This document shows positions 18,551-28,603 of a stretch of DNA of 64,000 nucleotides, in pieces. Location: the NCBI GenBank assembly GCA_958295675.1, contig OY282360.1, positions 530,026-594,025 of the forward strand, in the 5' to 3' direction. The translations under genes and the position numbers were made by a program. Under the pieces are notes generated by a model. That model had not been told where the DNA came from and made no database searches. It worked only from the letters and a program-made list of their open reading frames with translations. Each line of letters opens with the position of its first letter. Within the stretch, counting starts at the first letter, position 1. Origin of the DNA: Minisyncoccota bacterium (GTDB lineage: Bacteria > Patescibacteriota > Minisyncoccia > Phycocordibacterales > JABAAK01).

Positions 18551-19144
18551 TTAAGACCGTTCAGTATATACAAACCGCCAAAGACGCTCCGTTCCCTTTG
18601 AAATACCTATACGCGGTGTGCGCTGAATTGACATCGGTATGTCTTCTCTCCCCAATACATACACCGCGGATTCCGCATCTGTCAGATTAACGCCATTGTG
18701 CCGTTTTTCAATAGCAAACGCCTGACACAACTTTCCGGGTCCGTTCATAATATCACGGTCACACACCGTGCGCTTTCCTGTGCCAAGCCGTTGTCTGTTT
18801 TGTCTGGCAAGAGCAAGACCTTCAATCGGTTTTGCCGCGCGCACTAGCACAGCGGAACCGAAACCTTCTTTCTCCGAAACAATATTAAGACAGTGATACA
18901 TGCCGTAGGTGAAATATACATACAGATGTCCGCCGCCTAAGAACATGACTTCATTTCTTTTAGTTCTCCTGCCGCCGAAAGTATGCGACGCTTCATCTCT
19001 CTCGGTATACGCCTCCGTCTCGCAAATAACACCGGCAATCCTGCCGTCCGGGGTCTCATGTACTAACACACATCCAAGCAAATCTTTCGCGAGATGCACT
19101 GTGGATCGCTTTCTGAAAAAATCCCCTGTTACTCTTTTTCCCAT
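18551..19144 (-). CDS. DNA-3-methyladenine glycosylase (AAG/Mpg family)
   Basis: LLGCVLVHETPDGRIAGVICETEAYTERDEASHTFGGRRTKRNEVMFLGGGHLYVYFTYGMYHCLNIV matches the AAG-family core. Confidence 0.75.
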   Translation of the reverse strand: MGKRVTGDFFRKRSTVHLAKDLLGCVLVHETPDGRIAGVICETEAYTERDEASHTFGGRRTKRNEVMFLGGGHLYVYFTYGMYHCLNIVSEKEGFGSAVLVRAAKPIEGLALARQNRQRLGTGKRTVCDRDIMNGPGKLCQAFAIEKRHNGVNLTDAESAVYVLGREDIPMSIQRTPRIGISKGTERLWRFVYTERS

Positions 19145-19243
19145 TATTCTTCAGTGTATCATCAGCGCAATATATCAAAATATACTATACTGACATAAGT
19201 ATCCGTTAGGATACTTAACCCGCAACACAAAAAGGAGTGTTCC

Positions 19244-19642
19244 ATGAACCTGATAAAGGTGCTTCAAGCGGCAAGTGAGTGGATTCAGAAGAAATTAGCC
19301 GATGAGGAAACATGCTTTTTCTGGGATGAGACGCATGGGACGCGATGGTTCAAGCGAAGAATCTGGACACACCTTGCAAGAAGTCGGCATGTGTCCGTTC
19401 GATGCATTATCGCGGGAAAACGGTGTATGCCGGAATCAGTGCTCAGCGACATGCTTGCAGATCCGGACAAGAGAGTCAGGGGAATAGCGGCACATAACCC
19501 TATGACACCATGGGGTTACAGGAAATTGACAGTCCTTGATGAAGAGGAAGAGGAATGTCTAAGACAGGCATATCCCGCTCAAGGACGAAACATACAATCT
19601 CGTCCTGATTCTGACACACAAACTCTTAAGTCCCGTTTCTAA
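19244..19642 (+). CDS. hypothetical protein with an LRV (leucine-rich repeat variant)-like motif
   Basis: LADPDKRVRGIAAHNP fits the LRV consensus. Otherwise unassigned. Confidence 0.4.
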   Translation: MNLIKVLQAASEWIQKKLADEETCFFWDETHGTRWFKRRIWTHLARSRHVSVRCIIAGKRCMPESVLSDMLADPDKRVRGIAAHNPMTPWGYRKLTVLDEEEEECLRQAYPAQGRNIQSRPDSDTQTLKSRF

Positions 19643-19657
19643 CGGGACTTATTTTTC
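19628..19657. terminator. bidirectional rho-independent terminator shared by convergent genes
   Basis: AAGTCCCGTT-tctaa-CGGGACTT followed by T7. Stop codons of both 19244..19642 (+) and 19639..20022 (-) lie inside the hairpin. Confidence 0.7.
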
Positions 19658-20022
19658 TTTGCGTTTTTCCTTTCAACCAATTTCCGCAAGTACGGAGAAA
19701 TTTTTGTCACCGGACGGTTTTTGATATGCATCCGACCTGTTTTAAGAATCTGATACTTCCCTTTTGTCTCCGCGATAGGATCGGTAATCGGATCAATAAG
19801 ATCGCTTTCAACCGCATCACTCCCCTTCTCATATATACGCATTAAACCGCGCAGATGCCGCCTGAATCGCTGCAATATATCAAACAATTTCTGATCAAGA
19901 GCAAGTCGCACATCAGAAGCGAAACGATTGCCGTAATTGACCTCCATAACGACTAACATCACATATCCGATTGCCACGCCGGACAGAATAAAAATTGAAT
20001 ATATAACAAATGCAGTTCCCAT
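19639..20022 (-). CDS. hypothetical membrane-anchored protein
   Basis: N-terminal TM segment. No recognisable domain. Confidence 0.4.
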   Translation of the reverse strand: MGTAFVIYSIFILSGVAIGYVMLVVMEVNYGNRFASDVRLALDQKLFDILQRFRRHLRGLMRIYEKGSDAVESDLIDPITDPIAETKGKYQILKTGRMHIKNRPVTKISPYLRKLVERKNAKKNKSR

Positions 20023-20047
20023 ATACTGTCAGGAAGTATACCATCAA

Positions 20048-20629
20048 TTACAAACTCCAAACAACAAATCTTCCTATCTCCAGACGCTCACCGAATTTCT
20101 GCACCGCTTCTTCAACAAGATTCTGAATAGTTCTGCTCTCATCTTTCAAAAACGATTGTTCAAGCAAAACGACTTCTTTCATTTTTGAATCGGTCATGCC
20201 CTGCAGAATTTTTTCCTGCACATCTTGCGGTTTACTTGAGTCCACCTCTCCTTTCAATTCAAAAATCACCTGATCCATCACCTCCTTCGGCACAGAATCC
20301 CGCGAAAGATACTGCGGCTGAAACGCTGCGCAGTGCATAGCGATATCACGAGCAAGGGCGACAAATTCTTCATTATTCGCGACGAAGTCAGTTTCACACA
20401 ACAACTCAACCATAGCACCGATACGGTTCGTATTATGAATATACGCCTGCACAACACCGGAGCCGAGATGACGATCCGCCTTCTTCTGCGCGGTCAAAGA
20501 CCCTCGTTCACGCAGTACATCACGCGCCTTATCCATATCACCGCCGGTCTCCTCAAGCGCATCCTTACACTTCGCTATGGAATGTCCGGTCTCATCCCGT
20601 AATTTTTTAATCAAACCTATATCTGCCAT
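20048..20629 (-). CDS. tsf: elongation factor Ts
   Basis: MADIGLIKKLRDETGHSIAKCKDALEETGGDMDKARDVLRERG is the UBA-like N-terminus of EF-Ts. Start placed at that M. The 5' extension in the ORF track overlaps rpsB. Confidence 0.85.
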   Translation of the reverse strand: MADIGLIKKLRDETGHSIAKCKDALEETGGDMDKARDVLRERGSLTAQKKADRHLGSGVVQAYIHNTNRIGAMVELLCETDFVANNEEFVALARDIAMHCAAFQPQYLSRDSVPKEVMDQVIFELKGEVDSSKPQDVQEKILQGMTDSKMKEVVLLEQSFLKDESRTIQNLVEEAVQKFGERLEIGRFVVWSL

Positions 20630-20630
20630 A

Positions 20631-21341
20631 TTACTTTGCTGCTTTTTTATCAGCCCCGCCACTCGCACCTCTGCGATATGCGTTTTCAACAAGAGATAAC
20701 ACATACGCGACAGTATCTCGTGACTGTATATTGGCAATAATAGGATACTGAACGACATGCAAATCAGCGTTCGCGTTTGAAAAACCGATAATAGGAATAC
20801 CGGCATTATTCGCCTCAATAACGGCATTTTTCTCCCGATAAGTATCAAGAATAAACACTGCAGCCGGTAAATTCTCCAAAGTGCTGATACCGGAAAATCG
20901 GCTCTCCAATTTGGTCAATTCACGATTCATCAGCACTTTCTCTTTTTTGGTATACTTCGTCCATTTTCCCTCATCCTTCTCTCTCTGCAGGCGCTCCAAA
21001 CGCTCAACGCGTCCGCGAATATGCTTGAAATTTGAGAGTGTTCCGCCAATCCAACGATTCAGCATTCTCGGCAGCAAAAGATTCTCCGCAGTTTTCTCAA
21101 CAAGATCAACAGTTTCGCGCCGTGTTGAAACGAAAAAGATAACTTGTCCGTGTCTGCCGCACTGTTCAATAAAAGTAAGCGCGGACTGCAGCATTTCCGC
21201 GACTTTCTCAATATCAAAAACCCCCTTGCTGCCGGTACCGACAACGAAAGGAGTGACTGACGGATGTCTGTACCGGCTGGTTACGGCATGCTGTCCGCCC
21301 GCATCGGTTATCTTTTTTGTTATTTCTTCATTGTCTGACAT
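20631..21341 (-). CDS. rpsB: 30S ribosomal protein S2
   Basis: FGHQTRRWNP-like core (QHAVTSRYRHPSVTPFVVGT...) in the rpsB-tsf operon arrangement. Confidence 0.85.
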   Translation of the reverse strand: MSDNEEITKKITDAGGQHAVTSRYRHPSVTPFVVGTGSKGVFDIEKVAEMLQSALTFIEQCGRHGQVIFFVSTRRETVDLVEKTAENLLLPRMLNRWIGGTLSNFKHIRGRVERLERLQREKDEGKWTKYTKKEKVLMNRELTKLESRFSGISTLENLPAAVFILDTYREKNAVIEANNAGIPIIGFSNANADLHVVQYPIIANIQSRDTVAYVLSLVENAYRRGASGGADKKAAK

Positions 21342-21432
21342 AGTATGTAGAACATCCTACCACATACTGTAAACAATAGGCAAATTGATTTTTGAAAAAA
21401 ACATGATATTTCCGTATCAGCATACCGGTATG

Positions 21433-22380
21433 TTATTCCGCCGCATACGCTTCCTGAAGCGCGGCAACGATGCCGTCCAAATTACCGGCAAGAATACCGT
21501 CAACATCGGACCAGCTTTTCTTGATGCGATGATCGGTTACCCTATCCTGCAAAATATTGTAAGTGCGGATTTTTTCCGATCGATCAGCGGTTCCGATTTG
21601 TGACCGGCGCATAGCGGAATAGGCGGATTGTTCTTTCTCCTGACGGTCCATTTCCACTTTTGCCGTGAGAATCTCGAGTGCCCGATCTCTGTTCCGCTGC
21701 TGTGTTCGCTCTTCCGTACACCGCACTTCTATTCCGGTCGGCAAATGCACCATACGAACCGCGGATTCAACCTTATTGACATTCTGACCGCCCGCGCCCC
21801 CGGAGCGGGAAAACTCCATCTTAATATCATTCGGATCCAATTCTTCAGCATGATGTTTCCGAATGGGTAAAATAGCGACTGATGCGGTGGAAGTATGTAT
21901 TCGTCCGGATTTCTCCGTCGCGGGCACGCGCTGCACTCTGTGTACCCCCGTCTCAAAACGAAGAAATGCGTACACATCTTTCCCCTGTATACGAAACACC
22001 CCCTCCTTATACCCGTTCATGTTATTCTCCGACATTGATACCGGTGAGAATAAAAAACCCTTGTTCAAAACATACCGCTGATACATTGACGCGATATCGC
22101 GCGCGAACATGGATGCTTCATCACCGCCGGCACCGGCGCGCACTTCTAATATCACCTCATTCGCACCGGCATCAGCGACAGATTCTTCCCGCACAATGTC
22201 CATAATATGCTGTTCTGTTTCTTTCATTCGGTTCGTAATACTTACCTCTTCCTCACGCACAAGATCATCCATGCCGTCTTTCCGCAATTGATCCAACGAC
22301 TGTAATTCCTTCTCAAGCCGTTTGTATTCTTTTGCAAAATGCGCAGTACGCGGATCCGTTATATATTGTTCAATATCCAT
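21433..22380 (-). CDS. prfA: peptide chain release factor 1
   Basis: GGQ motif (SGGAGGQNVNKVESAVRMVHLPTGI) and PAT tripeptide anticodon motif (RVQRVPATEKSGRIHTS). Confidence 0.85.
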   Translation of the reverse strand: MDIEQYITDPRTAHFAKEYKRLEKELQSLDQLRKDGMDDLVREEEVSITNRMKETEQHIMDIVREESVADAGANEVILEVRAGAGGDEASMFARDIASMYQRYVLNKGFLFSPVSMSENNMNGYKEGVFRIQGKDVYAFLRFETGVHRVQRVPATEKSGRIHTSTASVAILPIRKHHAEELDPNDIKMEFSRSGGAGGQNVNKVESAVRMVHLPTGIEVRCTEERTQQRNRDRALEILTAKVEMDRQEKEQSAYSAMRRSQIGTADRSEKIRTYNILQDRVTDHRIKKSWSDVDGILAGNLDGIVAALQEAYAAE

Positions 22381-22401
22381 ACACAATGACAGATACAACA
22401 G

Positions 22402-22773
22402 TTACTGCTGAGTATCGTTCATGTGCCGCGCATTCTTTTCTTTCCGTCCTTGCTTTCCCCCGCTCAACGACTGTATATTCCTGTCAACAGGCGTATCCGC
22501 AATCGCGCTGCGCTGTTTCCTCCCTTTTTCCGCTTTTTTGCCGGCTCTCACCTTAAACTTCTCAACCCGACCGGCGGAATCGATAATATTCTCCTCACCG
22601 GTATAGAACGGATGACTCGCCGAACTTATCTCAACCGGTATAACAGAATACTCAACACCGTCAATAACTTCTTTCTCTTCCGATGTTTTGGTGGAAGTGG
22701 TGATAAAGTCAACACCGGCTCCGGTATCGCGAAAAATAACCGGCTGCATAATCGGATGTATATCTTTTTTCAT
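22402..22773 (-). CDS. rpmE: 50S ribosomal protein L31 with a basic C-terminal extension
   Basis: MKKDIHPIMQPVIFRDTGAG...HPFYTG core followed by ~50 extra Lys/Arg-rich residues. Confidence 0.75.
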   Translation of the reverse strand: MKKDIHPIMQPVIFRDTGAGVDFITTSTKTSEEKEVIDGVEYSVIPVEISSASHPFYTGEENIIDSAGRVEKFKVRAGKKAEKGRKQRSAIADTPVDRNIQSLSGGKQGRKEKNARHMNDTQQ

Positions 22774-22905
22774 AACTGAGGTAGTGTACATCACAAAGAG
22801 CGGAAATTCAACAGGTGGAAAATACACTTAATACATGATAGTGCGTGCTACCTTACACAATAGTTGAACATTTAACAGCAACCTTGCAGACGAAAGGAGG
22901 TGAAG

Positions 22906-23421
22906 ATGGTGCGGAAAATGAGTTTGGACAAGGAAGAAATATACCGCATCATTCCTTACGATGCCCACTGGCGTTTGCTGGAACATGCGGAGATTTCTCC
23001 AGAAAAGGTAGAGGCAACGGTTGATCTGTGTAACAACCCGATGTGCAAGGGACACTTCAAAGGCACTGAAATCACGCCGGCACTCTTGCCGATTGAAGCA
23101 GTCGGTCATGCAGCTCTGCTGCATACAATGACAATGCGCCGCCGGGTTACAAGCGAAGACACAGCACCGATGATGCCGCTGTTTTCTGGATTGACAGAGG
23201 TTGAGTGCCATTCCATAATTCCGAAAATCTTTCTTGTCAAAGCATTCTTTTTGGAAGACATAAACAGGAACAAAACCTGTTATGCGGGCGAGGTCTGCGG
23301 AGGAGCACCAGAACACGCCGCGCTTGCGACCATCTCTTCCCTGCAATTAGTTGTCACACCGTCAAGGACTCTGAAAAGATATGTTACGCGGCTGAAGGAG
23401 CGCCATAAACAAACACTATAG
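22906..23421 (+). CDS. hypothetical Cys-containing protein
   Basis: Strong AAGGAGGTG Shine-Dalgarno before ATG 22906. I prefer it to the antisense ORF 22828..23346, which has no Shine-Dalgarno. Confidence 0.45.
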   Translation: MVRKMSLDKEEIYRIIPYDAHWRLLEHAEISPEKVEATVDLCNNPMCKGHFKGTEITPALLPIEAVGHAALLHTMTMRRRVTSEDTAPMMPLFSGLTEVECHSIIPKIFLVKAFFLEDINRNKTCYAGEVCGGAPEHAALATISSLQLVVTPSRTLKRYVTRLKERHKQTL

Positions 23422-23512
23422 GTGTGCATGCTCGCTATGCGGGCATACACACCTATTTTTTATATACTCAACGGCAAAAACATTTTCACCGCCGATACGG
23501 TATGCTGTCTGT

Positions 23513-24679
23513 ATGCGTATACTTTCCATAGAAACCAGTTGTGATGAAACAGCGGCGGCACTGCTTGAATTCACACAAAAAAACGGGGATATAGCAGTGA
23601 ATATTGTAGCGGAAAAACTGCACTCACAGACAGATATACATGCTGAATACGGCGGTGTCTTTCCCACGCTTGCAAAACGGGAGCACCAAAAAATACTTCC
23701 ACTGCTTGTTAAAAACATGCTGAAAGAAACAGGTACACTTCAATCAGACACGGCAAAAAGCATAACAAAAGACATAGAAACAATATGCGAACGCGAACCG
23801 GACATGCTCAGCATGATCAGGGACAATTTTGAAAAAACACGAATCGAAGACATTGATGCGATTGCCGTGACACGGGGACCGGGACTCGCGCCGGCACTGT
23901 GGGTCGGCGTGAATTTTGCCCGTGCCATTGCGACGCTCTGGCAAATACCTGTTATCCCGGTAAATCACATGGAGGGTCATATATTTTCCGCCCTGTTCAA
24001 CACATCAGGGACATGCAGCAAACCGCAATACCCCGTGCTTTCCCTGCTGGTATCCGGCGGACATACTGAACTTGTCCTCTCGCCGAAAGAAGGCGAATAT
24101 AAAAAAATCGGCAACACGCTTGATGATGCCGCCGGCGAAGCGTTTGACAAAGTAGCGCGATTACTCGGACTACCGTATCCTGGCGGACCTGAAATCGGAA
24201 AGATTGCACACACCGCCCGAGAACAGAATCTTGCCGCTCCGGTCACACTTCCACGACCGATGCTGAAAGATTCATCACTTAATTTCTCCTATGCCGGTCT
24301 TAAAACCGCAGTGCGGGTATATCTAGAAAAAAATCCGCGATTATCAGAGGATGAAACAATGGCACTGGCAATGGAATTTGAAGATGCGGTAGTGGAAACA
24401 CTATTGGAAAAAACCCGCCGAAGCATTGAAATACACAACCCGAAAACAATAGTGGTTGGTGGCGGTGTATCGGCAAATAAACACCTGCGGGAAAAAATGA
24501 CAGAAATGATTAACATGTACCCGGAAACTACGCTCCATCTTTCTGAACTCAAACATGCCACCGATAATGCAGTGATGATAGCACTTGCCGCGTACATCCA
24601 CAGAAATGAAAAGACGGATGCTCTGTCACTCTCGGCTGATTCCGGTCTCTCATTCCCGATGATGCAACATACCAATTAA
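23513..24679 (+). CDS. tsaD: tRNA N6-adenosine threonylcarbamoyltransferase (Kae1/TsaD)
   Basis: MRILSIETSCDETAAAL... with metal-binding HMEGH and ASKHV/actin-like fold motifs. Confidence 0.85.
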   Translation: MRILSIETSCDETAAALLEFTQKNGDIAVNIVAEKLHSQTDIHAEYGGVFPTLAKREHQKILPLLVKNMLKETGTLQSDTAKSITKDIETICEREPDMLSMIRDNFEKTRIEDIDAIAVTRGPGLAPALWVGVNFARAIATLWQIPVIPVNHMEGHIFSALFNTSGTCSKPQYPVLSLLVSGGHTELVLSPKEGEYKKIGNTLDDAAGEAFDKVARLLGLPYPGGPEIGKIAHTAREQNLAAPVTLPRPMLKDSSLNFSYAGLKTAVRVYLEKNPRLSEDETMALAMEFEDAVVETLLEKTRRSIEIHNPKTIVVGGGVSANKHLREKMTEMINMYPETTLHLSELKHATDNAVMIALAAYIHRNEKTDALSLSADSGLSFPMMQHTN

Positions 24680-24739
24680 TTCTCCACATAGGTATATCCG
24701 ACAATAATGTATGATATGATAGTGATATAACAATAGAAT

Positions 24740-25306
24740 ATGAAAGCAAAAAAGAAAAAGACAACGACAAAGAAAAAGAAAACAACAAAAAAAATATCAA
24801 TAATGAACCGTATACTCGGACGGGACAGAAAGTATGATGACTTTGATGATTTTGAAGAAATAGACGAGATGGATTTAGATACTGACATGACGGATGATTA
24901 TGACCGGGAGATTGAAAACATTATGGAAAATGATACAGAAGAGGACTTAGTGCAGCGTATGCCGAGTGATGAAACGGATCAGGATTTGCAGATAAATCTG
25001 GTGGATAAAAGTAAAAAACTCATCGCACAGGCCGTTATTCCGGGGCTCAGTGAAGATCAAATAGACATAAATCTAACCCGAGAGATGCTCACTATCTCAA
25101 CTAACTCAAATGATCATTGTATTGAGAAAGGAGGTGACTATCTCTATGAAGAACTGATATTCGGCTCTTTCTCCCGTTCAATTCTTCTGCCGGCAGAAGT
25201 GGAAGTGGAGGAATCAACAGCAGAGATAAAAGACGGTATCCTGACAATTAACATGCCGAAAATTAACAAAGCGGCACAGAAAAAACTCGGTGTGAAAAAG
25301 AAGTAG
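24740..25306 (+). CDS. Hsp20/alpha-crystallin family small heat-shock protein with a Lys-rich N-terminus
   Basis: C-terminal alpha-crystallin domain (LTISTNS...GILTINMPK). Confidence 0.7.
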   Translation: MKAKKKKTTTKKKKTTKKISIMNRILGRDRKYDDFDDFEEIDEMDLDTDMTDDYDREIENIMENDTEEDLVQRMPSDETDQDLQINLVDKSKKLIAQAVIPGLSEDQIDINLTREMLTISTNSNDHCIEKGGDYLYEELIFGSFSRSILLPAEVEVEESTAEIKDGILTINMPKINKAAQKKLGVKKK

Positions 25307-25325
25307 GATGTATACTACAGAGTAA

Positions 25326-25409
25326 GCTCAGGTGGCGGAACTGGTAGACGCGTACGCTTGAGGGGCGTATGGGAGTAATCCCGTGGAGGTTCAAGTCCTC
25401 TCCTGAGCA
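25326..25409 (+). tRNA. tRNA-Leu (anticodon GAG)
   Basis: Acceptor GCTCAGG/CCTGAGC. Anticodon stem TACGC/GCGTA with loop TTGAGGG. Long variable arm. T-arm GGAGG-TTCAAGT-CCTCT. Confidence 0.8.
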
Positions 25410-25457
25410 CTTACTTAAGTTGTTATAGATTATACAAATCCTTTTGATATAAAAGCA

Positions 25458-25754
25458 TTGTGTGTGGTATACTATAATTACATGATCGGAAAAAATAAAA
25501 TAGTATATATTTGGTTTGCTATTGGAGCTGTACTGGCACTGCTGCGTGTGTTTCTGGGATCCGCAGAAATCAGCGTTGCCGGCATAACCGATGTTCTCGC
25601 TGTTCTGACTGCACCCGGTCTCGTGCTCGTGCTTCCGTTAATGAATCTCATAGCACATCCCGTCTGGCCTATCACTATCACGGTACTTGCCAACGGTGTT
25701 GTGTACGGTTTCATTGCTGCCGGTATCAAATACTTGGTGCAAAAAAGTAAATGA
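25458..25754 (+). CDS. small membrane protein (98 aa, 3 predicted TM)
   Basis: Hydrophobic throughout. It sits between tRNA-Leu(GAG) and a degenerate copy of its 3' half. Confidence 0.45.
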   Translation: MCVVYYNYMIGKNKIVYIWFAIGAVLALLRVFLGSAEISVAGITDVLAVLTAPGLVLVLPLMNLIAHPVWPITITVLANGVVYGFIAAGIKYLVQKSK

Positions 25755-25805
25755 TATACCGCATACTGATTGTATCAACAGTAAAATTGATAAACGCATA
25801 CGATT

Positions 25806-25856
25806 AAGGAGCATATGAGAGTAATCTTGTGGAGATCCAAATACTCTTCTAAGTAC
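25806..25856 (+). pseudogene. degenerate partial copy of the tRNA-Leu(GAG) 3' half
   Basis: atgagagtaatcttgtggagatccaaatactcttctaagtac aligned against gggagtaatcccgtggaggttcaagtcctctcctgagcacttacttaag. Confidence 0.5.
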
Positions 25857-25909
25857 TTTTTGTTTGATAAAAAAGAAAGGTAATTTTACCATGTTATGCT
25901 ATCTTTAGC

Positions 25910-27118
25910 ATGGCAGATATATGCAAAGAACTGCGGAAACAGTTGAAAGAACTGAATACATTGCGAGAATCGTGTGGCTCTTTGCTTCTCAGAGAAGGAA
26001 TGGAATCCGATGCGGCAAAGAAAACGATTGAGGAGTTTGATACACTGGCGGAACACCTGCGTGATGCGGTTGCATTGTACAAACAACCGTTCGGTGAGTA
26101 TCTTGATATACTTGAAAAAAAGATAGACGACAAGAAACCACTTGACAGACGGGAATGCGGTCTGTTGTACGGTGTGGATCGGTATCCAGGAAATGTCAGT
26201 GATGCTGAAAAAGTAAAACGATACACTCTAATAAAGAAAAGAACCGGTGCAGAGAAAAAAGAAGATCTCAAACTTGCGCTTGAGGAACTCACCCCGCCGA
26301 GAGAGATTGATGGTGATTTGAATCTTGTTGATATCACCTCCGCTGAAGGACTCATCCTGCCGGAGAAAATTGGTGGTGGTCTGAATCTCAGAGGTCTCAC
26401 CTCCGCGAAAGGACTCACGCTACCTGAAGAGATTGGTGGTTTTCTGTATCTCGGCAGTCTCACATCCATAGATACTGAATTCACTATGCCGAAGAAGATT
26501 GATGGTGATCTGTTTCTTAGCAGACTCGCGTCCATAAATACTAAGCTTACTATGCCGGAGGAGGTTGGTGGTGATCTAGATCTCAATCTTCTTGAATCCA
26601 TAGATATTGAATTCACCATGCCGGAGAAAGTCGATGGTGATCTGTGGCTCGACAGTCTCACATCCATAAAGAATAAGCTCACTATGCCGAAGGAGGTTGA
26701 TGGTGGTATGGTTCTCATTAGTCTCAAATCCATAGATACTGAGATTATTATGCCGGGGAAGGTTGGCGATCATCTGGATCTTGAAAGTCTCACATCCATA
26801 GATACTGAGATTACTATGCCGAAGGAGGTTGGTGGTAATCTGGATCTTCGCAGTCTCACATCCATAGATACTGAGATCACTATGCCGGAGGAGGTTGGTG
26901 TTGATCTGGATCTTAAAGGACTCACATCCATAAATACTGATCTCACTATGCCGAAGGAGATTGGCGGTAATCTGTATCTCAACAGTCTCACATCCACGCA
27001 AGGTATCACCAACTGGCCTATAAAAATTAGACGCGAGATATATATAAACCCAGCATTGCCAGACAACGAAAGAGAAGAACTGGAGAAACGGTATCCGGGT
27101 CAGGTTCGATACGAGTGA
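25910..27118 (+). CDS. 23-residue-repeat (BspA-type LRR-like) protein, paralogue A
   Basis: N-terminal MADICKELRKQLKELNTLRESC helix. About 14 repeats of LTSIxTExTMPxEVGGDLDLxxL. C-terminal ITNWPIKI...EELEKRYPGQVRYE. Confidence 0.65.
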   Translation: MADICKELRKQLKELNTLRESCGSLLLREGMESDAAKKTIEEFDTLAEHLRDAVALYKQPFGEYLDILEKKIDDKKPLDRRECGLLYGVDRYPGNVSDAEKVKRYTLIKKRTGAEKKEDLKLALEELTPPREIDGDLNLVDITSAEGLILPEKIGGGLNLRGLTSAKGLTLPEEIGGFLYLGSLTSIDTEFTMPKKIDGDLFLSRLASINTKLTMPEEVGGDLDLNLLESIDIEFTMPEKVDGDLWLDSLTSIKNKLTMPKEVDGGMVLISLKSIDTEIIMPGKVGDHLDLESLTSIDTEITMPKEVGGNLDLRSLTSIDTEITMPEEVGVDLDLKGLTSINTDLTMPKEIGGNLYLNSLTSTQGITNWPIKIRREIYINPALPDNEREELEKRYPGQVRYE

Positions 27119-27142
27119 ACCATGCTACCTTACTCTTGGTAT

Positions 27143-27190
27143 GGCAGATATATGCAAAGAACTGCGGAAACAATTGAAAAAACTATAGAA
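27143..27190 (+). pseudogene. N-terminal fragment of a fourth LRR paralogue (MADICKELRKQLKKL*)
   Basis: Includes the conserved upstream block accatgctaccttactcttggt + ATG found in front of paralogues A and B. Truncated after 15 codons. Confidence 0.55.
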
Positions 27191-27256
27191 ACAAGATCCG
27201 AACAAATCAAGGACGATATAGCATATCTTTCTGAAAAGATGTAGTTTTTATATTCA

Positions 27257-27332
27257 GTGCGAATGGTAGGACTTGAACCTACGACCTCTCCATTATCAGT
27301 GGAGTGCTCTAACCACCTGAGCTACATTCGCA
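27257..27332 (-). tRNA. tRNA-Ile (anticodon GAT)
   Basis: Reverse complement has D-arm AGCTCAGGTGGTTAGAGC, anticodon stem CTCCA/TGGAG with loop CTGATAA, and T-arm GTAGG-TTCAAGT-CCTAC. Confidence 0.75.
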
Positions 27333-27388
27333 TAACACATATAATACCACCGTACGCGTTATGTGAAAAGTCCGTCACTAACATATAA

Positions 27389-28543
27389 TTAGTATCTTCT
27401 AAAGAGGAAAACGATAATACTTCGCGTGAGGACGCCGATGAAAAAGAGGGTGGAAACAACCGTGATAACGAGCAACAACGGCGTGAAAAGGGACGCAAGC
27501 AGCAGCAGACCGACACCGAGAGCGGTTGATTTCGCGGTAACATGAATATCTTTTTTCCTGAACAATAACCATACAACAGCACCGACAAGGACCGGAGTAA
27601 CAATAATTCCGAGAAAAATCACAAGTAAAAGAGATAAAAGAAGCGCCATTGCAATACCAAAAAATCCGGGAATAAACAAAAGCACCAATGAAAACAGCGC
27701 GGCGAGTATCACAAAGGCAAGACCGATTAAAACAGCAAGAAGAGCATGCGTAACCGACATCCGCAGAAAAGTATTCCAGCGGCTTCTGAGAGCACCGTAT
27801 GCCAAAAACCCGCCAACTGCAAGAGAAATGAGAGTGGTGATAAATACAAAAAGTGCCTTCTTCCCCTCCTCTTTAACCGGCATTGTATCCCCGCCGACAA
27901 TCGCACCAGGATGCAAAGTGAGTGTTTCTGTTTTATCCTGATCTGTGTACACAATATCTCCCGTCACATTCGCTCCTTCGTGTAGAGTTATTTGCTTCGT
28001 ATCTTCAGCATACACAGTACCGTCAACGGTACCGTGAATAACAAGATTAAGACCGCTCACACGCATGTCGCCATGAACAGTGCCATGAACAGTGGCGGCA
28101 TCAGCATACAGCGCAATGTCAGATCCAACAATACCGTCCTGTTCTAAAACAAAAGAAGTGCCGACAAATAAAACTTCTCCTGTAATCTCATCACGCACAA
28201 CACCACTGTCAGCGATGATGCGCGCATCGCCATGCACACGCTCATCAAGAATAATATCTTCACCTATAAATCCGATATCACCGATTAAATGTTCTGCGAT
28301 ACGCAACGATTTTGCGAGAGCATAAATATCGCCGGACATCGGTGAATCAACGGAAATGATATTACCGATGAGATATACATTTTCGTCTTTCTCACCCAAA
28401 GAAACAATATGCTCATCTGTGATTGAGATAAGCGGACTATGTTTGTCATAATCGGAGGTCTCCGCAAAAACAGGCACGCTGAACAGGAAACAGATAACAA
28501 ACAAAATGCTCGCGGCAACTGATTGTCGGCTGCTGGATAGCAT
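27389..28543 (-). CDS. signal-peptide beta-helix (bactofilin/DUF4097-like) protein with polytopic C-terminal membrane domain
   Basis: Signal peptide. ~200 aa of short GD/VxG-rich beta-helix-like repeats (VHGDxRVSGLNLVIHGTVDGTVYAEDT...). Then ~5 TM helices. Confidence 0.5.
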   Translation of the reverse strand: MLSSSRQSVAASILFVICFLFSVPVFAETSDYDKHSPLISITDEHIVSLGEKDENVYLIGNIISVDSPMSGDIYALAKSLRIAEHLIGDIGFIGEDIILDERVHGDARIIADSGVVRDEITGEVLFVGTSFVLEQDGIVGSDIALYADAATVHGTVHGDMRVSGLNLVIHGTVDGTVYAEDTKQITLHEGANVTGDIVYTDQDKTETLTLHPGAIVGGDTMPVKEEGKKALFVFITTLISLAVGGFLAYGALRSRWNTFLRMSVTHALLAVLIGLAFVILAALFSLVLLFIPGFFGIAMALLLSLLLVIFLGIIVTPVLVGAVVWLLFRKKDIHVTAKSTALGVGLLLLASLFTPLLLVITVVSTLFFIGVLTRSIIVFLFRRY

Positions 28544-28603
28544 ATGGATAAGTATATCACAACACGCAACTGTTTCAAACAGGGCTGAATACCCTATCTA
28601 CAT

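Noticed and set aside
22828-23346. 172-aa reverse-strand ORF
   Set aside because: The overlapping plus-strand ORF has a strong AAGGAGGTG Shine-Dalgarno. The reverse ORF has none and is Cys/His/Arg-rich low-complexity.
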